A stretch of 64,000 nt of DNA, from positions 1 to 64,000 of the forward strand of contig DYFC01000032.1 of assembly GCA_020725385.1 (NCBI GenBank). The letters are read 5' to 3'. Under the pieces are notes generated by a model. That model did no database searches and was not told the origin of the DNA. It saw nothing but the letters and a program-made list of their open reading frames with translations. Below, in pieces: positions 61,409 to 64,000 of the stretch. The DNA comes from Nitrospira japonica (GTDB taxonomy: Bacteria > Nitrospirota > Thermodesulfovibrionia > Thermodesulfovibrionales > SM23-35). The position numbers and the translations under genes are program-made. Position 1 is the first letter of the stretch. Every line of letters starts with the position of its first letter.

Positions 61409-62032
61409 CTACCTGCCTTTCATTGATTCTTTGCCTTTTCTTTTATCCCATCTGCCGGTAATTGTATTCCATACAGATAGAAACATTAATTTTATATCGA
61501 GCCATAAGGACATTTTCTCAATATACTCCAGGTCATATTTTATTTTCAAAATCGGATCATCCTCAGGATTATAGACCTGTGCAAGTCCTGTAAGTCCGGG
61601 TCTTACGCTTAGTCTTTTCGCAAAATCAGGGATTTTGTTTTCGAGAAGTTTTTGCTCATCAATTGCAAGGGCTCTCGGTCCAACAAAACTCATATCACCC
61701 CTGAAAATACTCAATAAGCTTGGTAATTCATCAAGAGCTGTTTTCCTTAGAATTTTCCCAACTTTTGTTAATCTTGGATCATCTTCTATTGTCCATGAAG
61801 GTCCGATTTTATCAGCTCCCTTAATCATTGTCCGGAATTTATAAACAGGAAATTCTTTTCTTCCCATCCCGGCTCTTTTCTGGCCATAAAAAATGGGAAA
61901 GCCATCTTCAAGAAAAATCAGTAGCGGGATAATTATCCAGAGGGCAAGCCAGAGGGGAAATAGAATCACATGCGCTAAAATTAGAACGCTAAGATCGAAT
62001 ATCCGTTTGTATGAGGGAGATTTCAATTCCAT
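61409..62032 (-). CDS. Bacterial sugar transferase (priming glycosyl-phosphate transferase domain)
   Basis: KRIFD, KFRTM, DDPRLT, LDELP, GDMSFVGPR, PGLTGLAQV; start moved to exclude the tRNA. Confidence 0.9.
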   Translation of the reverse strand: MELKSPSYKRIFDLSVLILAHVILFPLWLALWIIIPLLIFLEDGFPIFYGQKRAGMGRKEFPVYKFRTMIKGADKIGPSWTIEDDPRLTKVGKILRKTALDELPSLLSIFRGDMSFVGPRALAIDEQKLLENKIPDFAKRLSVRPGLTGLAQVYNPEDDPILKIKYDLEYIEKMSLWLDIKLMFLSVWNTITGRWDKRKGKESMKGR

Positions 62033-62036
62033 TTTT

Positions 62037-62123
62037 TGGTGCCGGTGGTGGGAGTCGAACCCACACGGAGTTGCCCCCACCGGATTTTGAGTCCGGCGCG
62101 TCTGCCAATTCCACCACACCGGC
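62037..62123 (-). tRNA. tRNA-Leu(CAA)
   Basis: GCCGGTG acceptor, CCGGA-CTCAAAA-TCCGG anticodon arm, variable arm, GGTTCGACTCC, CCA. Confidence 0.97.
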
Positions 62124-62205
62124 AAAGAATATAAATTTTCAAAATTTTATATTTAAAACTTTGATTCGAAAATATATCTTTTAAAAAGTTTAGAACCAGT
62201 AATTG

Positions 62206-62400
62206 CTATTTTTTATGCATTCGTAAAAAGTTTGCGATCGAACGGTCGTATGTTTTCTCGTATTCTTTGTTAAAAAAACATCCCGGCAATTCGCCCTGAC
62301 GTCTATGATAAAGAATACATTCGCAACATTTACCTTTTCGTTCGCATGGTTCATATGTACATGTGCATAATTTTAAATTCTTACTCTGTATGCATTCCAT
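62206..62400 (-). CDS. Small Cys-rich protein (DUF6485-like)
   Basis: [21 protein letters not shown]...LPGCFF...EKTYDRS. Confidence 0.75.
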   Translation of the reverse strand: MECIQSKNLKLCTCTYEPCERKGKCCECILYHRRQGELPGCFFNKEYEKTYDRSIANFLRMHKK

Positions 62401-62475
62401 ATTTCACACCATCCAATTAATCAAGAGATTCTAAATTGTACCTTATAAATTTCGCAATTTACAATATAAAGATTT

Positions 62476-63867
62476 TTATTTTCCTATACAGAATTCACTG
62501 AAAATTTTATTAAGAATATCCTCGGTTGTTATTATTCCAACGATTTGACCTAAAGCATCCAATGCTTCTCTTAATTCAATTGATATTATTTCAAGAGGTT
62601 GATTTTCTGACAATGCTAAAGCTGCTCTTTCAAGTGCTGATACTGCCTTTTCTATTGATATTTTATGCCGTATGTTGGAAATAACAACTCCTTCTCTTTC
62701 TTCAGGCCAGTCTTTAATGCAATTTTCAAAAATTGTTTCTTTAAGCTCTTCTAACCCTATACTATTAATTGCGGATATTTTAAGAATTTTAGTTCGGTTA
62801 TGTATGAATCCGGAAATGGTTTCTTCATTAATTGAAGCTGGCAAATCACACTTATTTAGAACATAAATTGTATTTTTATTTTTTACCTTTTCGATAACTT
62901 CTTTATCTTCTTTTGTTAAAGCCTGGCTGCAATCAAAAATCGCTATAACAAGGTCAGCGTTTTCAATACTTTTCAGACTTCTTCTGACGCCTTCTTTTTC
63001 AGCAGAATCTTCAACATCTCTGATTCCAGCTGTATCCATTATTCTCAAAGGGAGCCCTTTAATATTAAGGTATTCTTCAATTACATCTCTTGTTGTCCCG
63101 GGAGTTGATGTTACTATAGCTCTGTCTTTCATCAACAATGCATTCAATAAGGACGATTTTCCAACATTGGGTCTTCCTACTATAGCTGTTGCAAGACCTT
63201 CCCTGAAAAATCTGGCCTCTTCGTAAGTCTTTAGCAAATTTTTCAGTTCATTGCAGATTGCATTTGTTGATTGTAATATTTCTTCTTTTGAAGAAGTTTC
63301 AATCTCATCTTCCGGAAAATCTATATAAGCCTCAAGGTGAACGCACACTTCTGTGATTCTATTCCTGATTCGGGTAATCTTTTCGGACAAGCCGCCCTGA
63401 AGCTGCTCAAGAGCGATGCGCCTGCTTTCATCGGTCTTTGAACGAATTAGATCTATAACTGCTTCTGCCTGAGTTAAATCAATTCTGCCGTTTAAAAATG
63501 CTCTTTTTGTAAATTCCCCGGGTTCAGCGAGTCTTGCACCTGATTGAAGTACAAGATTAAGAATTCTTTTTAAGGTAATCATGCCACTATGGCAATTTAT
63601 TTCAACAACATCTTCTTTTGTATAAGAATAAGGAGCTTTCATTAAGGTTATCAGGACCTCATCAATTTTTCTTTGAGAAGAAGGGTCAATTATAAAACCA
63701 TAAATTATTCTACGGGATTTTAAACCGGAAAGGGTTTTGTTTTTAGGTGATAGGAATATTTTTTCAACGATACTTACAGCATTGCTTCCGCTTAACCTTA
63801 TTATACCAATTCCACCTTCTCCAAGAGGGGTGGAAATAGCAGCTATTGTATCTTCATCAAACATCAA
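62476..63867 (-). CDS. mnmE: tRNA modification GTPase
   Basis: DTIAAISTP, GEFTKRAFLNGR, GRPNVGKSS, DTAG, FCIGK. Confidence 0.98.
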   Translation of the reverse strand: MMFDEDTIAAISTPLGEGGIGIIRLSGSNAVSIVEKIFLSPKNKTLSGLKSRRIIYGFIIDPSSQRKIDEVLITLMKAPYSYTKEDVVEINCHSGMITLKRILNLVLQSGARLAEPGEFTKRAFLNGRIDLTQAEAVIDLIRSKTDESRRIALEQLQGGLSEKITRIRNRITEVCVHLEAYIDFPEDEIETSSKEEILQSTNAICNELKNLLKTYEEARFFREGLATAIVGRPNVGKSSLLNALLMKDRAIVTSTPGTTRDVIEEYLNIKGLPLRIMDTAGIRDVEDSAEKEGVRRSLKSIENADLVIAIFDCSQALTKEDKEVIEKVKNKNTIYVLNKCDLPASINEETISGFIHNRTKILKISAINSIGLEELKETIFENCIKDWPEEREGVVISNIRHKISIEKAVSALERAALALSENQPLEIISIELREALDALGQIVGIITTEDILNKIFSEFCIGK

Positions 63868-63897
63868 TATTTAGTATATATCAAAATGATATGAGTA

Positions 63898-64000
63898 TTA
63901 AGATGAGGATTCTTTTGCCATTTTCTGATTAACATATACTTGCTGTGCGATGCCAAAAATATTGTTGACGAGCCAGTACAACACAAGACCGGATGCAAAA
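63898..64000 (-). CDS. yidC: Membrane protein insertase, C-terminal fragment at the window edge
   Basis: FASGLVLYWLVNNIFGIAQQ...; upstream of mnmE. Confidence 0.88.
   Translation of the reverse strand, partial: FASGLVLYWLVNNIFGIAQQVYVNQKMAKESSS

Noticed and set aside
62033-62125. N-terminal 31 aa of the 238-aa sugar transferase ORF
   Set aside because: It is read-through of the tRNA-Leu gene.
754-62866. Many antisense and alternate-frame ORFs inside well-supported genes
   Set aside because: Typical shadows of real coding sequence with no independent signals.

Overview
AT-rich bacterial chromosomal window. The gene set and protein style suggest a Nitrospirota- or Desulfobacterota-like organism, but this is an inference. 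Most of the window is housekeeping: gltX, tilS, dnaX, SRP RNA, tRNA-Ser, bioB, folP, serS, SOD, mnmG, kdsC-pgsA-plsY, queC, hldA, a P-type ATPase, sufCB-like genes, rho, rsmG, tRNA-Leu, mnmE and the end of yidC. An accessory island (~39.5-56.3 kb) holds a minus-strand type III-C CRISPR-Cas locus: cas6, four-helix-bundle gene, cmr1, cmr6, cas10 lacking GGDD, cmr4, cmr5, cmr3, a 2-TM accessory gene, a stand-alone RT, cas1, cas2, leader and a 37-nt-repeat array. The main oddities are: (1) an intact Avd-like/23S-IVS four-helix-bundle gene sits inside the CRISPR array as a 455-nt 'giant spacer', framed by inverted repeats and followed by a truncated repeat that keeps the hairpin and 8-nt tag; (2) a second such gene, framed by heptamer-repeat hairpins, lies beside cas6; (3) a full SAM-I/IV riboswitch with terminator and antiterminator sits downstream of the array and controls an orphan ORF rather than a methionine gene; (4) a 26-codon scar of an earlier cas10 precedes cmr1; (5) RT and cas1 are in frame and separated by one TAG. 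All family calls come from motif recognition by eye; no searches were run.
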